Shown here: piece after piece, positions 50,156-62,921 of the stretch | Position numbering within the stretch: position 1 is the first letter of the stretch | Layout: every line of letters starts with the position of its first letter | Source of the DNA: Chiloscyllium plagiosum | Taxonomy: Eukaryota | DNA: 64,000 nucleotides | Direction: 5' to 3' | Assembly (NCBI RefSeq): GCF_004010195.1 | Contig: NC_057760.1 | Span: 112,871 to 176,870, forward strand | Notes under the pieces: model-generated | What the model was told of the DNA's origin: nothing | Seen by the model: only the letters and a program-made list of their open reading frames with translations | The model's database searches: none | Translations under genes and position numbers: made by a program

Positions 50156-51317
50156 GAGCTGGCAGTCGTCTTGGAAACCTCGAGGGTGAGTCATTTTTGA
50201 ATTTCACATTTAAGTATGACACAAGTTATAATTATATGTTAGGCTGAGGGGGTGTTAATATTGGCATTGGGGTGAACATCAGAACGAGGAGCAGGAGTGG
50301 GCCATTCAAGCCCTCGAGCCTGTTTCACCATCAAATACATTCACAGCTGATCAGATTGTGGTCTCCATTCCACTTAGCTGTCTGCTTGCCCCCCCACCCC
50401 CCACCCCAACCACCACCCTCCCCCCATAACCCACGACTTCCTTGTTGATCAAAACTCTGTCAAAGTCAGCCTTTAATATGTTCCCTGAGCCAGCCTGCTC
50501 TATCTCTGCAGGAAAACATTCCATACACTAATGGAATTCCTCCTCATCTCCATCTTACAGGGGACAGGCCTTCTTTAGTACACTTCCCTGTTCCCCCCCG
50601 CCATCCCCCAACAGAGATAAACATCCGCTCAGCACTCACCCGGTCAGAACTCCGCTCACCCCTCCCCCAACCTCCTCCCACCCTCTCAGGATCTCGTATG
50701 TTTTAGTAACATCTAATTGAATACCAGGCCAAGTGATGACTGATGTTAACTACGTTGGCCAACAGCGGGCAGTGTGACTACTGACATTGCAGTAAGTTGT
50801 GTTATGCTACGATGAGGCATTAAGGCTGCTATTGGCAGTGTTCTTTGGAGTGGTCAAGAAACAGACACCTCATCAGATGGCTTTAGATACAGAGTTCCCA
50901 AGGCTGGTGATTTCCCTCTCCTTGTGCCCATGGTCCACAAATAGATGGAGCTCAATCCCTGTGATAAATCGACAATTCCATTGTTGTTGGCCCGAGAGAC
51001 AGCAGGCATGGCCCTTGCTTGGCCAACCTTACTTCAAGGATTCGGCCATGAGCCCTTCTTCAGGCTTGTGCCCGAAACGTCGATTCTCCTTCTCCTTGGA
51101 TTGGTGCCTGACCTGCTGCGCTTTTCCAGCAACACATTTTTAAGCTCTGTTCTCCAGCCTCACTTTCCCTTACTTCAAGGATTCCCTGTCTCCGTGGAAA
51201 CCAATTCTCTTGGGGGGGGTGGGGGGGGCACCCAAGGGAGGAGCTCCTGCTCATTTCAGATCACCATCGCAAACTGATCTGGGATCTTCTCCAAGCACGT
51301 CGGACCTCAACATGGTT

Positions 51318-52545
51318 TTATGAGAGAGAAAGCATGTCTCACAGCCTGTCTGAGTTTCTTTGAGAAAATAACCAAGAAGATTGATAAGGGCAGAGTGGTA
51401 GACATTGTCTACATGAACTTTGGTAAAGCCTTTGACAAGGTTCTGCATGGTAGACTAACTAGTAACATGAGAATACATAGGATTCGGGGCGAGCTTGCCA
51501 ATTGGGTACAAAATTGGCTTAACGACAGGAGACAGAGAGTGATGGTGGAGGGTTGTTTTTTTGGACTGGAGGCCTGTGACCAGCGATATTCCACAGGGAT
51601 CAGTGCTGGGTCCACTTTTATTTCTCATTTATATAAATGATTTAGATGAGGGATATATAAGGCGTGGTTAGTAAGTTTGCGGATGACACCAAGATTGGTG
51701 GTATAGTGGACAGTGATGAAGCTTATCTAAGATAACAAAGAGGTCTAGTTCAATGGGCTGAGGAGTAGCAGATGGAGTTCAACTCGGATAAATGCGAGAT
51801 ATTGCATTTCACTAAAACAAACAAGGGCAGGACTTGTACAATTAATGTTGGGGCCTTGGATAGAAACAGAGAGACCTAGGGGTTCAGGTACATAATTCTT
51901 TGAAATTTACATCTCATATTGATGGGATAGTTAAGAAGACATTTAGCATGCTTGCCTTCATTGCTTAGACCTTTGAGTACAGGTGTTGGGGACGTCATGT
52001 TGAGGTTGTACAGGACGTTGGTGAAGCCTCGTCTGGAGAACTGTGTCCAGCTCTCGTCGCCCTGTTACAGGAAGGAGATTATTAAGCTGGAGAGGGTTCA
52101 GAAGAGATTTACCAGGATGATGCTGGGAATGGAGGGTTTGAGTTATAAGAAAAGGCTGGATAGTCTGGCACTTTTATAGTAGGAGGGGTGACTTTATAAA
52201 ATCATGAGGGGCATAGATAAGGTGAATGGCAGGTGTCTTTTCTCTGGGTTGGGGGATTTCAAGACTGGGGGCAGACTTTTAAGGTGAGAGGAGAAAGATT
52301 TAAAAAGGCCATGAGGGGCAATTTATTTACACAGAGGATAGTTCGTGTGTGGAATGAACTTCCTGAGGAAGTAGGTACAGTTACAACGTTTAAAAGACAT
52401 TTGAATAAGTACTTGACTAGGAAAGGTTTGGAGGGATATGGGCCAGGAGCAGGGAGGTGGGACTAGTTTAGTTTGGGATTGTGATCATCATGGACTGGTT
52501 GGGCTGAAGGGTCTGTTTCCATGCTGTATGACTCTATGATTCTAT
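51318..52545 (+). mobile_element. CR1/HER1 LINE RT fragment
   Basis: VDIVYMNFGKAFDKVLHGRL...WLNDRRQRV; frameshifted ORFs running to RWD*. Confidence 0.92.
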
Positions 52546-52889
52546 GTGAGACCTGCTGGTAATGTAGCAGGTACAAGACCCCAGGTTTCCCATCACAGCC
52601 AATGGTAAGATGCTGTTTGTGAACAACCTCACCCGAGCAGTATTGGATGGAAGAGAGACTCAAAAATGACAATACCCCACCGAACGGGGTCATTGGGTTT
52701 CAACACCGGGAGGCTGTTGGATGTTGGAAAACAGAAGACATACCGATTCACATTTGGGCCGCCCTTAAGCCAAGGAAGTACTTTGTGAAGTGGAACATTG
52801 TCATCAAGTTGGGCAGCTGATTTGTACACAGCAAGATCCAACAAAATTCATACTCGGGCAACCTGCTTTGCTTTTTAACTGGGGGTGAA

Positions 52890-53210
52890 TTGTCTTTTTC
52901 CCTAGGGTAGGGGAGTCCAAAACCAGTGGGCACAGGTTTAAGGTGGGAGGGGAGAGATTTAAAAGGGACCTGGGGCAACGTTTTCACGCTGAGGGTAGTG
53001 CGTGTATGGAATGAGCTGCCAGGGGAAGTGGAGGAGGCTGGTACAATTGCACCATTTAAAAGGCATCTAGATGGGTTCATAAATAGGAAGGGTTTAGAGG
53101 GATATGGGCCAAGTGCTGGCAGATGGGACTAGATTTGTTTAGGATATCTGGTTGGCATGGACGAGTTGGACCGAAGGGTCTGTTTCTGTGCCGTACAATG
53201 TCATGACTGT
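52890..53210 (+). mobile_element. CR1 3' end
   Basis: ORF 52926..53132. Confidence 0.9.
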
Positions 53211-53310
53211 GTGGCTGTCACTGGAAGGGCCAGCATTTATTACCCATCCCTAATTGCCCAGAGGGCAGTTATGGATCAACCACATGTTTGGAGTCTGGAG
53301 TCACATGTTT

Positions 53311-53558
53311 GGGCGGCACGGTGGCACAGTGGTTAGCACTGCTGCCTCACAGCGCCAGAGANNNNNNNNNNNNNNNNNNNNNNNNNNNNNNNNNNNNNNN
53401 NNNNNNNNNNNNNNNNNNNNNNNNNNNNNNNNNNNNNNNNNNNNNNNNNNNGTAAATGTAGGGGTATGGGTGGGTTTCGCTTCGGCGGGTCGGTGTGGAC
53501 TTGTTGGGCCGAAGGGCCTGTTTCCACACTGTAATGTAATCTAATGTAATCTAATCTA
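53311..53558 (+). mobile_element. HE1 SINE spanning a 90-N assembly gap (53362-53451)
   Basis: SINE head before the gap and SINE tail after it. Confidence 0.9.
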
Positions 53559-53999
53559 AATATGTAGGCCATACCTGGTAAGGATGGCAATTTCCTTCCT
53601 TGAAGGACATTAGTGAACAAGATGGGGTATTTTTTCCGACAATGGATTCATGGTCATCATTAGACTCTTGATTCAAAATTTTTATTGAATTCAATCTGCC
53701 GAAGTGGGGTTCAAACCGGGGTCCCCAGCATGTTACCTGGGGCTCTGGATTAGCTGTCCACTGGTAATACCACAAGGGGCTTAGGACCTGGCAATACACT
53801 GCCTGGAGATGTGATGGAAGCATCAAGAGGGACATTGGACGATCGTCTGGGGAGAGAGAGCGTGGCAAGCGTGTGGGGAATTGGCAGGAGACGGGCATGG
53901 AGGTCACCATGCTCGCTTGAAGGGCTGGGACAGGCAATGATGGGCCGAACGGCCTCCTTCCGCACCGTAGGAATTGGGTGACGCTGCTTTGGTGTCTCA

Positions 54000-55370
54000 T
54001 CCGGAGTTCGGATATGATTGAAAATCGTTTTCGCGATGCAGTGCTGGCTCAAACACCGGCTTGTTACAAAGACAGAAGAGCAGATGCATTCTAAGCCTAC
54101 CCTGCACTCCAACATTGTGCTCCTTGCACCTGAATCCGTCTCCCTCCACCCGAAACATCCTGGTCTGCCCTGTGCAGCCTCTGCCCTAACACTGTTGCCT
54201 CGCTGGGCTGCATATTCCATTGTCTCTGGGCCTGAGCCTTGGGACCATCGGAGAGGTCCAATGGAAAGGGAGGAGGCAGCTGGAGACAAAGGCAGGCAGC
54301 TGGGGAGCTGCTCTTGATGGAATAATTCAGGCGTGAACTGTTCCAGACAGCATCTGCTGCATTGCAGTAGAGAGAGGTCTCCTGCCTGAAGGGGGTGGGG
54401 ACAGCATCTCGAAGCTGACTCTCTCTCTCATATACAGACACACACACACTGCTCCTCACAGGCACATACAAAGAGCTCCCTTCAGCCGTCCAAGGCAGCG
54501 TCTCCTGGAGAGCGACACTTTTTTTTTCCGGATAAGGTCAGTATCTGTCTCATTTTCCTTCCAGATCATTATTTACTTTCCTCCCAGCAACACCTCAAAT
54601 ATTTAATATTTACCTGCGCTGTCATCGCTTAGTATATCTGGAGACTGGCGTTCATCTTAAAAGTGGATGCTTAAAACAACATTTCAAAACATTTTCTTTA
54701 AAAATGGTGCTGATTTATTAGCTGCGGGAAATATTAGCAAGAAAATATTTATTTTGTGCAAAGTGGAAGATTTTTGAGTATTGTCTTCAAATTTCCCTGA
54801 TCTATTTTTGTTTATATCTATTCCTGGGTCAAATGGAATTCAGAGACAGATTTGGGATTTGTCTGTGTGTGTATGTGTGGCCTAAATTGGGCATCTCTTC
54901 AGGAAGATGCCAGAGGCTAGTGAAGAGGTCATCTTTCCCAGACTCTGTCAGCAGACTTGCTGCAGAATTGTTGCAAGTGCTTCTCTAGGGTGGGGCACAC
55001 CTTTCATTGTAATATCTCGCAGACGATGTAAAATCACTCTCCGAGACACTGCTGAAGAGCACAGGGGAGAGAAGGGATCGCAGGGGGCTGGGTGGGGCGT
55101 TAGCCAAATTATTTTCAGCATTGTGGATAATTTAATCTGAGAGCTGAAACAGCAGCTGCTGAAGGCATTCGCAGCCCAGAATCAGCTGGGAAGGTGGCGA
55201 TCATTTCTGCTGGTCATTCAGCTCTTCTAGCAAACCCCACCAATGACACAGTCTGCCTAGCTCAGTTATCCCTTCAGAGATGAATCTGGAATGTGTGTCG
55301 AGATCTAAATTGAGCATCCCTTGCTGAGAGGGCGTAGCACAGAGGATGAATTAAATGCGGTTTGCTAATT
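54000..55370 (+). promoter_or_regulatory. Repeat-free island; candidate promoter and non-coding first exon of a divergent plus-strand gene
   Basis: Donor AAG|gtcagt at 54536/54537 after a UTR-like tract; several CAGCTG E-boxes; no recognisable coding sequence. Confidence 0.3.
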
Positions 55371-55389
55371 AATCGACATGGAATATAGC

Positions 55390-56232
55390 CGTAGAGCACA
55401 GAAACAGACCCTTCAGTCCAACTCGTCCATGCTGACCAGATATCCTAACCTAATCCAGTCCCATTTGCCGGCATTTGACCCATATCCCTCTAAACCCTTC
55501 CTGTTCATATACCCATCCAGCTAAGTTTTAAATGTACTAGCCTCCAACCCCCCCCCACTTCCTCTGGCAGCTCATTCCATACACGCACCACCCTCTGCAT
55601 GAACAGGTTGCAGCTCAGGTCCCTGTTAAATCTTTCCCCTCTCACCCTAATCATGTATCCTCTAACTTCTGGACTCACCCTGGTGAAACGAACCTTGACT
55701 CTTCACCCTACCCGTGCCCCTTGTGATTGTGTCAACCTCTTAAGGCCCCCCCCCTCGGCCTCCTGGTCCAAGGAAGATGGAGCCTCTTCCTGCAGCTCAA
55801 ACCCTCCAATCTTCTTGTAAATCTTTACTGTACCCTTTCAGGTTTCACAATGTCCTTCCTCTAGCAGGGTGTCCCAATACTCATTAAACGTAATTGACTA
55901 TTCAAATATTCTGCACGTGAGTGGGCAGATTTCATTAGCGGACAGGTACTGATAATTAGATTAGATTGCCTACAGTGTCCACACTTAACCCACCCAGACC
56001 CATTCCCCCTTACTAATGCGCCTAACACTACGGGCAATTTAGCACGTCCAATTCACCCTGACCTGCACATCTTTGTGACTGTGGGAGGAAACCGAAGCAC
56101 CCGGAGGAAACCCACACAGACACGGGGAGAATGTGCAAACTTCACACAGACAGTCACCCGAGGCGGGAGTTGAACCCAGGTCCCTGGCGCTGTGAGGCAG
56201 CAGTGCTAACCACTGAGCCACCGTGCCGCCCC
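55390..56232 (-). mobile_element. CR1 3' fragment (about 55390-55870) and HE1 SINE (about 55957-56232)
   Basis: Reverse-complemented consensus motifs. Confidence 0.85.
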
Positions 56233-56604
56233 TAATGTGAAACCGAATCATCTGACGCAGTTAGAATCAGCAACACAAAGCCTTTCTTTGTAGCGGGCGT
56301 TTGGGACCGCCTGTTTAGAATCTTTTGTTGCGTTTTAGGTCGTATTTCAGCCCCACGCTCCTTTGGTCATCCAGCACACTCGGGTATGGGAGGGGTGTGG
56401 GCAGATTGGAGGAGGGCTAGCCAGGCTGGTTATAAACAGCAGGCTGTGGACTGCAGCTTGCCTGTCCTCCTCCTCCTCTGCGGTTACATCCCTGGGAGAA
56501 GGAGCACGTGGTGTTCATCAACCCCCTTTAGATAGATGGGGATACAGTGCCTTATTTCCCCCCATCAAATCCATTTTGGTTTAGTCCTTTTCCGCTCTCC
56601 CCAA

Positions 56605-57345
56605 GGGGCAGCACAGTGGCTCAGTGGTTAGCACTGTTGCCTCACAGCGCCAGGTTCAATTCCTGTCTCAGGTGACTGTCTGTGTGGAGTTTGCACATCC
56701 TCCCCATGTCTGTGTGGGTTTCCTCTGGTTTCCTCCCAGAATGCTGAACAGGCTGGGGCTGTTTTCCCTGGAGCGTCGGAGGCTGAGGGGTGACCTTATA
56801 GAGGTTTACAAAATTATGAGGGGCATGGATAGGATAAATAGGCAAAGTCTTTTCCCTGGGTTCGGGGAATCCACAACTAGAGGGCATAGGTTTAGGGTGA
56901 GAGGGGAAAGATATAAAAGAGACCTAAGGGGCAACCTTTTCACACGGAGGGTGGTACGTGTATGGAATGAGCTGCCAGAGGATGTGGTGGAGGCTGGTAC
57001 AATTGCAACATTTAAGAGGCATCTGGATGGCTATATGAATAGGAAGGGTTTGGAAGGGTATGGGTCGGGTGCTGGCAGGTGGGACTAGATTGGGTTGGGA
57101 TTTCTGGTCGGCATGGACGGGTGGGACTGAAGGGTCTGTTTCCGTGCTGTACATCTCTATGACTCTATGTGCAGGTTAGGTGAATTGGTCATGCTAAATT
57201 TGTTCAGGGATGTGTAGGTTAGGTGTATTAGGTCTGGGGTAAACGTAGAGCAGAGGGGAATGGATCTGGGTGGGTTACTGTTCGGAGGGTCAGTGTGGAC
57301 CTGTTGGGCTGAAGGGCCTGTTTCCACACTGTAGGGATTCTATAT
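56605..57345 (+). mobile_element. HE1 SINE interrupted by a little-diverged CR1 3' end (about 56742-57168)
   Basis: Chimeric ORF 56624..57088; the SINE resumes at atgtgcaggttaggtgaattgg. Confidence 0.9.
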
Positions 57346-57451
57346 GTATATCTAACTCCTCTCCCACCGCAATCATGATGGGAAGTTCTTGCAGTTACAT
57401 GTGATTCTAGGTAGAAGAAAAAATATGCTGTAGCTCCCCACCCCCCTGCCC

Positions 57452-57669
57452 CCATCCCGTATCCACAGGGGATACATTCTAAGGCCTAACATGGATGCCC
57501 AAAACACGGATAGTGGCAAACTCCACTCTTTTAAATGGAAAAATTACCTCGTCGGCAGCCTCCTGGTTCATGGTTCTAGAATGTTCCATGGAATATTTTC
57601 AGGCCGCGACAAACCGTGGATAACTGAAACCTCGGAAGCCAATTCCGCAGTTACAATGGTCGCCCTGTA
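57452..57669. mobile_element. Possible Tigger/pogo-derived MITE
   Basis: cccgtatccacaggggatacattc...aaacacggata and ccgtggataactgaaacc.cgga...ccctgTA resemble recalled MER2/Tigger MITE termini; decayed. Confidence 0.4.
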
Positions 57670-58439
57670 AATACAATCTCTGTCTCCAGTGGTGCAGTGA
57701 CAATGCCCCTACCTCTGACCTAAGAGGCCTCAGTTCAAGTCCCCTCTGTTCTAGAGGCATGTCATAACTTCTGAACAGTGTTGTGAGTGTGGTGCTGGAA
57801 AAGCACAGCAAGTCAGGCAGCATCCGAGGAGCAGGAGAATAAGCCCTTCATCAGGAACCTCTGAACAAGCTGGTTAGGAAAAATAATGATAAAACTAGGC
57901 TTTAGGCCTCTTGTGGTGCAGTGGTAGTGAGCCAACCTCTGTCCCAAGAGACCCAGATTCAACCCCCATTTGGTCCAGAAAATAACAATTGGAAAATATC
58001 TATGAAACTAGTCTCGGTGATGGTGACCATGACGACAATCATCGATTGTGGTTAAAGAACCCAATGGGTTCACTAACTGGGAAAAGGAATCTGCTGTCCT
58101 TACCCAAGTCTGGACCTACACATGACTCCAGACCCCAGACAACGATGGGGTTGTCTCTTAACCACCCTCCAGCGTTGGCCCACCACTCGGTTAATGGTCA
58201 ACAAACATGACTTTGCCAGCAATGCCTGCAGCCCACCAAAGGATTGGGAGAAAGAGAAGATGGTGGAAGGCTCCCTGTTGACCAGAGCTAGGCCCCAGTC
58301 TCCTTCCACTGGTTTAGCAACCCACCATTCCTGGCCAATCAAAAGTCTTCTCACTTGGATTATATTGAGGGGAGATGTCAGCTCACACCAGGATCAGGGG
58401 TATTGGGGGGCGGCAGGAGAGAGCAATTCTTGATCTCTC

Positions 58440-59003
58440 CCTCAGAGGCTTACGTGATATCCAAAAGATGGCACTTCCTACAGTGCGGCATTCCTTCAGC
58501 ATTACTATCCAACAGTGCAGAGTCCCTCAGCGTTGACCTTCTGACAGTGTCCGCTCCCTCAGCACTGACCGTCCAATGGTGCCCGCTCCCTCAGTGCTAA
58601 CCCTCTGACAGTGCCTGTTCCCTTAGCGCTGATCTCTGACAGTGTGGCGCTACCTCAGTGCTGACCCTTCGACAGTGCAGCACTCCCTCAGCACTGACCC
58701 TCTGACATTGTCTGCTCCCTCAACGCTGACCTTCTGATAGTGCCTGCTCCCTCAGCACTGACCCTCTGACAGTGCCCACTCCCTCAGCACTGACCCTCCC
58801 ACAGTACGGTGCTCCCTCAGCACTGACCCTCTGACAGCACCCGGTCCCTCAGCACTGACACTCCAACATTGCCCACTCCCTCAGCACTGACCCTCCAACA
58901 TTGCCCACTCCCTCAGCACTGACACTCCAACATTGCCCACTCCCTCAGCACTGACCCTCCAACAATGCCCACTCTCTCAGCACTGACCCTCCGACAGTAC
59001 CCA
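58440..59003 (-). repeat. Third copy of the 32-bp minisatellite (about 15 units) attached to a Deu-SINE remnant
   Basis: Reverse complement of the 46.9-kb unit; flank ccaaaagatggcacttcctacagtgcggca is the reverse complement of the Deu-domain start. Confidence 0.85.
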
Positions 59004-59009
59004 CCTTTG

Positions 59010-60020
59010 GTAGTTCATTCCATACACGCACTATCCTCTGGTCCTTTTAAAATCTTTCCTCTCTCACCTTAAACGTATACTTAAGGAGTTCTGAGGAAGG
59101 ACCACTGGACTCGAATCATGAACTGTGATTTGTCTCCACGAATGCTGCCAAACCTGCTGAACTTTTCCAGCAATTTCTGTTTTTGTTAATGATTTCCAGC
59201 ATCTGCAGTTTGGTTTTTATTAAACCTAGTCCCTCTAGCTTTGGACTACTCCAACCTGGGGAAAAAGACCCAGGTTATTCATCCTATCCATGCCCCTCAT
59301 GATTGTAAGGTCACCCCCCCAACCCCTGACGCTCCTGGGAAAGTAGTCTCAGCCTCTCCCTCCAACCCCAGCAACATCGTTGCAAATCTTTCTGGACCCT
59401 CTCAAGTTTAAGAACATCTTTCCTATAGCAGAGAGACCAGAATTGAACGCAGTATTCCAGAAGTGGCCTTATCAATGTCCTGTACAGCCGCAATGTGTGA
59501 CATCTCAACTCCCATACTCAATGCACTGACCAATGAAGGAGAGCAATAGCTATACAGACCCTTCAGTGCAATACATCCACACTGACCAAGTTTTCCAAAC
59601 GAAACCAGTCCCAATTGCCTGCGATTGGCCCATATCCCTCCAAACCTTTCCTATTGAAGTTCCTATCCGAATGCCTTCTTAAATCGTGGAGATATATTTG
59701 TAATTTTCCAAACCATTGACAAAATTCTTCAATCTAAGCAGCTTTGGAAAGTGAAGACTGCTTCCAGATAGGTACTAATGTGGATGAGAATACAAATATA
59801 CTTCAGAAATAACCCCAACCCACGCTGGGTTTCCTCTGGGTGCTCCGGTTTCCTCCCAAAGATGTGCAGGTTAGGGTGAATTGGCCATGCCAAATTGCCC
59901 ACAGTGTTAGGCGCATTAGTCAGAGGGAAATAGGTCTGGGTGAGTTACTCTCCGGAGGGTCGGTGTGGACTTGTTGGGCCGAAGGGCCTGTTTCCACACT
60001 GTAGGGAATCCAATCTAATC
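59010..60020. mobile_element. CR1 fragments (minus), a Penelope-related insert (about 59088-59220) and a truncated HE1 SINE (about 59825-60020)
   Basis: [26 protein letters not shown]-domain and tail. Confidence 0.8.
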
Positions 60021-60303
60021 ATCTTATCGTGAGGCATGATGTTTGTTCTGCACTTTTATTCACTGGATCCTATGACAGAAAGAGATGCTGCAGTTAGCCA
60101 GATGGGCAAATTTATAAAGATTGTCTTTTTAAGTGTCAATAATTGATTTGGTCTGAATCAATAGTTTATATGTTTGTAAACAGCTGCTTCATAGGCAGAT
60201 TTGCAAAACCTAATCACAGAAGTGGATATTTAGATTCAAATACCCTTTCTCACAAAGGGACATATCAGATTAATCAGTAAGGGAATCAACAGTTATGGAG
60301 ATG

Positions 60304-60875
60304 AGATTCCCTACAGTATAGAAACAGGCCATTCGGCCCAACAAGTCCACACCGACCCTCCGAAGAGTAACCCCACCCAGACCCACTTCCCTACTCTATT
60401 TTTACCCCTGACTAATGCACCTAGCACTATGGGGTAATTTAGCATGGCCAATTCACCCAACCTGGACATTTTTGGATTGTGGGAGGAAACCAGACCACTC
60501 GGAGGAAACCCATGCAGACACGGGGAGAATGTGCAAACTCCACAAACTAATGGGGGACTCGCTCCAAAGGGGAGTGGGGGGTGATTGAGGGACTCGCTCC
60601 CACAGGAAGTTGGAGGGAGAATGGGAGAATGGGGGAGTTGCTTCCACAATTAGCAGAGATATATTGCATGGGGGAGCAGGAGATAGATAGAAGGATTGGG
60701 TGAAGGGGAGGTAATGAAGATGAGGTTGGGAGGAAGCTGGTGCACACAGAGGGTCCGAATGGCCTGTTTTGCGTGCTATGATCCCAGACGACCAGGGGAT
60801 CTGAGGCAGGAACTGAACCCAGGTCCCTGGCGCTGTGAGGCAGTAGTGTTAACCACTGAGCCACCATGCCACCCC
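60304..60875 (-). mobile_element. HE1 SINE carrying a foreign insert of about 250 bp (60548-60797)
   Basis: SINE sequence breaks at gtgcaaactccaca and resumes at ctgaggcaggaactgaacccagg. Confidence 0.85.
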
Positions 60876-61084
60876 GATTCTTAAGGGGCTTGACAGGGTC
60901 AATGCTGAGAGGATGTTTCCCCTCACGGGAGGGTCTAGGACCAGAGGGCACACCCTCAGAACAAAGGGGCACCAATTTGAGACTGAGATGAGGAGGAATT
61001 TCTTCTCTCAGGCGGTTGAGAGTCTTTGGAAGTCCTTGCCACAGAGAGCTGTGGGGGCGGAGTCCTTGTGTATATTGAAGATGT

Positions 61085-61250
61085 GGAAGTGCTGGTGTTG
61101 CACTAGGGTGGACAAGGTCAGAAGTCACATGACACCAGGTTATAGTCCAACAGGTTTATTAGAAATCACAAGCTCTTGAGCGTAGCTCCTTTGTCAGCTT
61201 GTGATTTCAAATAAATGGGTGGACTATAACCTGTGTGCTTTCTGACCCTG
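61085..61250. mobile_element. Short fold-back element inserted in a CR1 fragment (about 60880-61395)
   Basis: Arms caggttatagtcca...gaaatcacaagct and agcttgtgatttc...tggactataacctg. Confidence 0.75.
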
Positions 61251-61709
61251 TGTATTTAAGGCTGAGATAGATTTGTCATCAGTTGGAAATCAAGGGTTAC
61301 AGGGATAAAGGGCAGGAAAGATCACGATCCTATTGAATGTGGAACAGGCTCGAGGGGCCGAATGGCCTATTCCAGTTCCATTTCTTATGGTCCTATTTTC
61401 ACTTTGTAAACCTCAGACCCATGAGAGACAGATGTCACTTCCCCCAATGAAATGAGGGCACCATCTGGCATTGCCCAGGCAGAGATGCCAAATCCAAGTC
61501 CTGACCAGTGACTGAGTCACAAATGTATTATTGGGACTGGCAACTGCTCGCTGCAAATACAGAAGGCTGACCATCCACATTTTTATTCTCCCTCGTCAGA
61601 ATTTCTCTTCCCAGCACAGATCTGTAACTTTTTATAAGGCACTCTGCCTCATTTCACTTTCTGAGCAGGAGGGAAGTCAGTCAGGATTTCAAAGTCTTTG
61701 CTGAAATCA

Positions 61710-62000
61710 GGAGGCATGGTGACTCAGTGAGTTAGCACTGCTGCCTCACAGCACCAGGGACCTGGGTTCAATTCCTGCCTCGGGTGATTGTCTGTGTGCA
61801 GTGTGCACATTCTCCCCGTGTCTGTGTGGGTTTCCTCCCACAGTCCAAGGATGTGCAGATCAGGTGAATTGGCCATGCTAAATTGCCCATAGTGTTAGGT
61901 GCATTGGTCAGGGGTAAATATAGGGTAGGTTACTCTTCAGAGGGTCAGTGGTGGGCTTGTTGGGCCAAATGGCCTGCTTCCATACTATAGGGAATCTAAG
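61710..62000 (+). mobile_element. HE1/V-SINE
   Basis: Head, partial V-domain and tail. Confidence 0.85.
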
Positions 62001-62921
62001 TAAATCTACTATTCACATGCACCATATCTTTCCCTCCATTACCATCTCGAATATATTCAATGGCTGAAATTCTGTGGCAGAGATTTCCAAAGGTTCCCCC
62101 ACACTTTCTGAGTGAAGACATTTCTCCTTATCTCAGCCCCATGGTGTGGGGACTGTGACCCCGATTCAAAATTCCCCCCACCGTCTGGGGGAAGTCATCA
62201 AAAAGGACACGAGAGACAATGTTTTCACCCAGAGGATGGTGTGTGCGTGTGTGGAATGAGCAGCCAGAGGAGGTGGTGGGGTGTGGGTACAGTTACAACA
62301 TTTAAAAGACTAGGAAAGGTTTCAAGGGGTATGGACAGGCAAGGTGGGACTAGTTTAGTTTGGGAAATCTGGCCAGCTCGGAGCAAAGGGCCCGTTTCCG
62401 AGCTGTATGACTGTACCCTTTCTGTGTCTGTCCCATCACGTCTGGTAAGAATTCTAAAAACGTTGCAGAAATGCAACAGGCCTGAGGTGGAGAAAGCAGT
62501 CCCATGTTTTGACTCCGATAATGACCCTTCCTCAGGACCGTTAAGGAATCCATTTTGAGATCTAATCTCGTTCCACTGATCCCCAGAGAGCAGGGATCCA
62601 GTTGATCTGGTCTTTCCTAATAAGGCAATCTCTCAGTCTCAGGCATTAGTTGGGCCAACCTTTGTTGCACTAAACCAGACAATACTCCAGGCGTGTTCTC
62701 ATCCTGTTTATATCTAAATGCAGTGAGACCGAGAAAAGAGCTCTGCATTCAAATACACTTCCACTCGGCGATGGGTGGGGGAGGCAAGGAGACAGTGGAG
62801 AACGATTATTGGGATGTACTTCTACTACAGTGTGGCTTCCCCACCATGATAAAGTACGATGTGGGGAAGCAGACCAAAACGGGGAGTAGGCCAATTGGCA
62901 TATCCACCACCATTAAGTCAG

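Noticed and set aside
53362..53451. N run as a biological feature
   Set aside because: Assembly gap inside a SINE; the two halves may even come from different copies.
54481..54502. REST/NRSE-like site ttcagccgtccaaggcagcgtc
   Set aside because: Only a partial match, with wrong spacing and several core mismatches.
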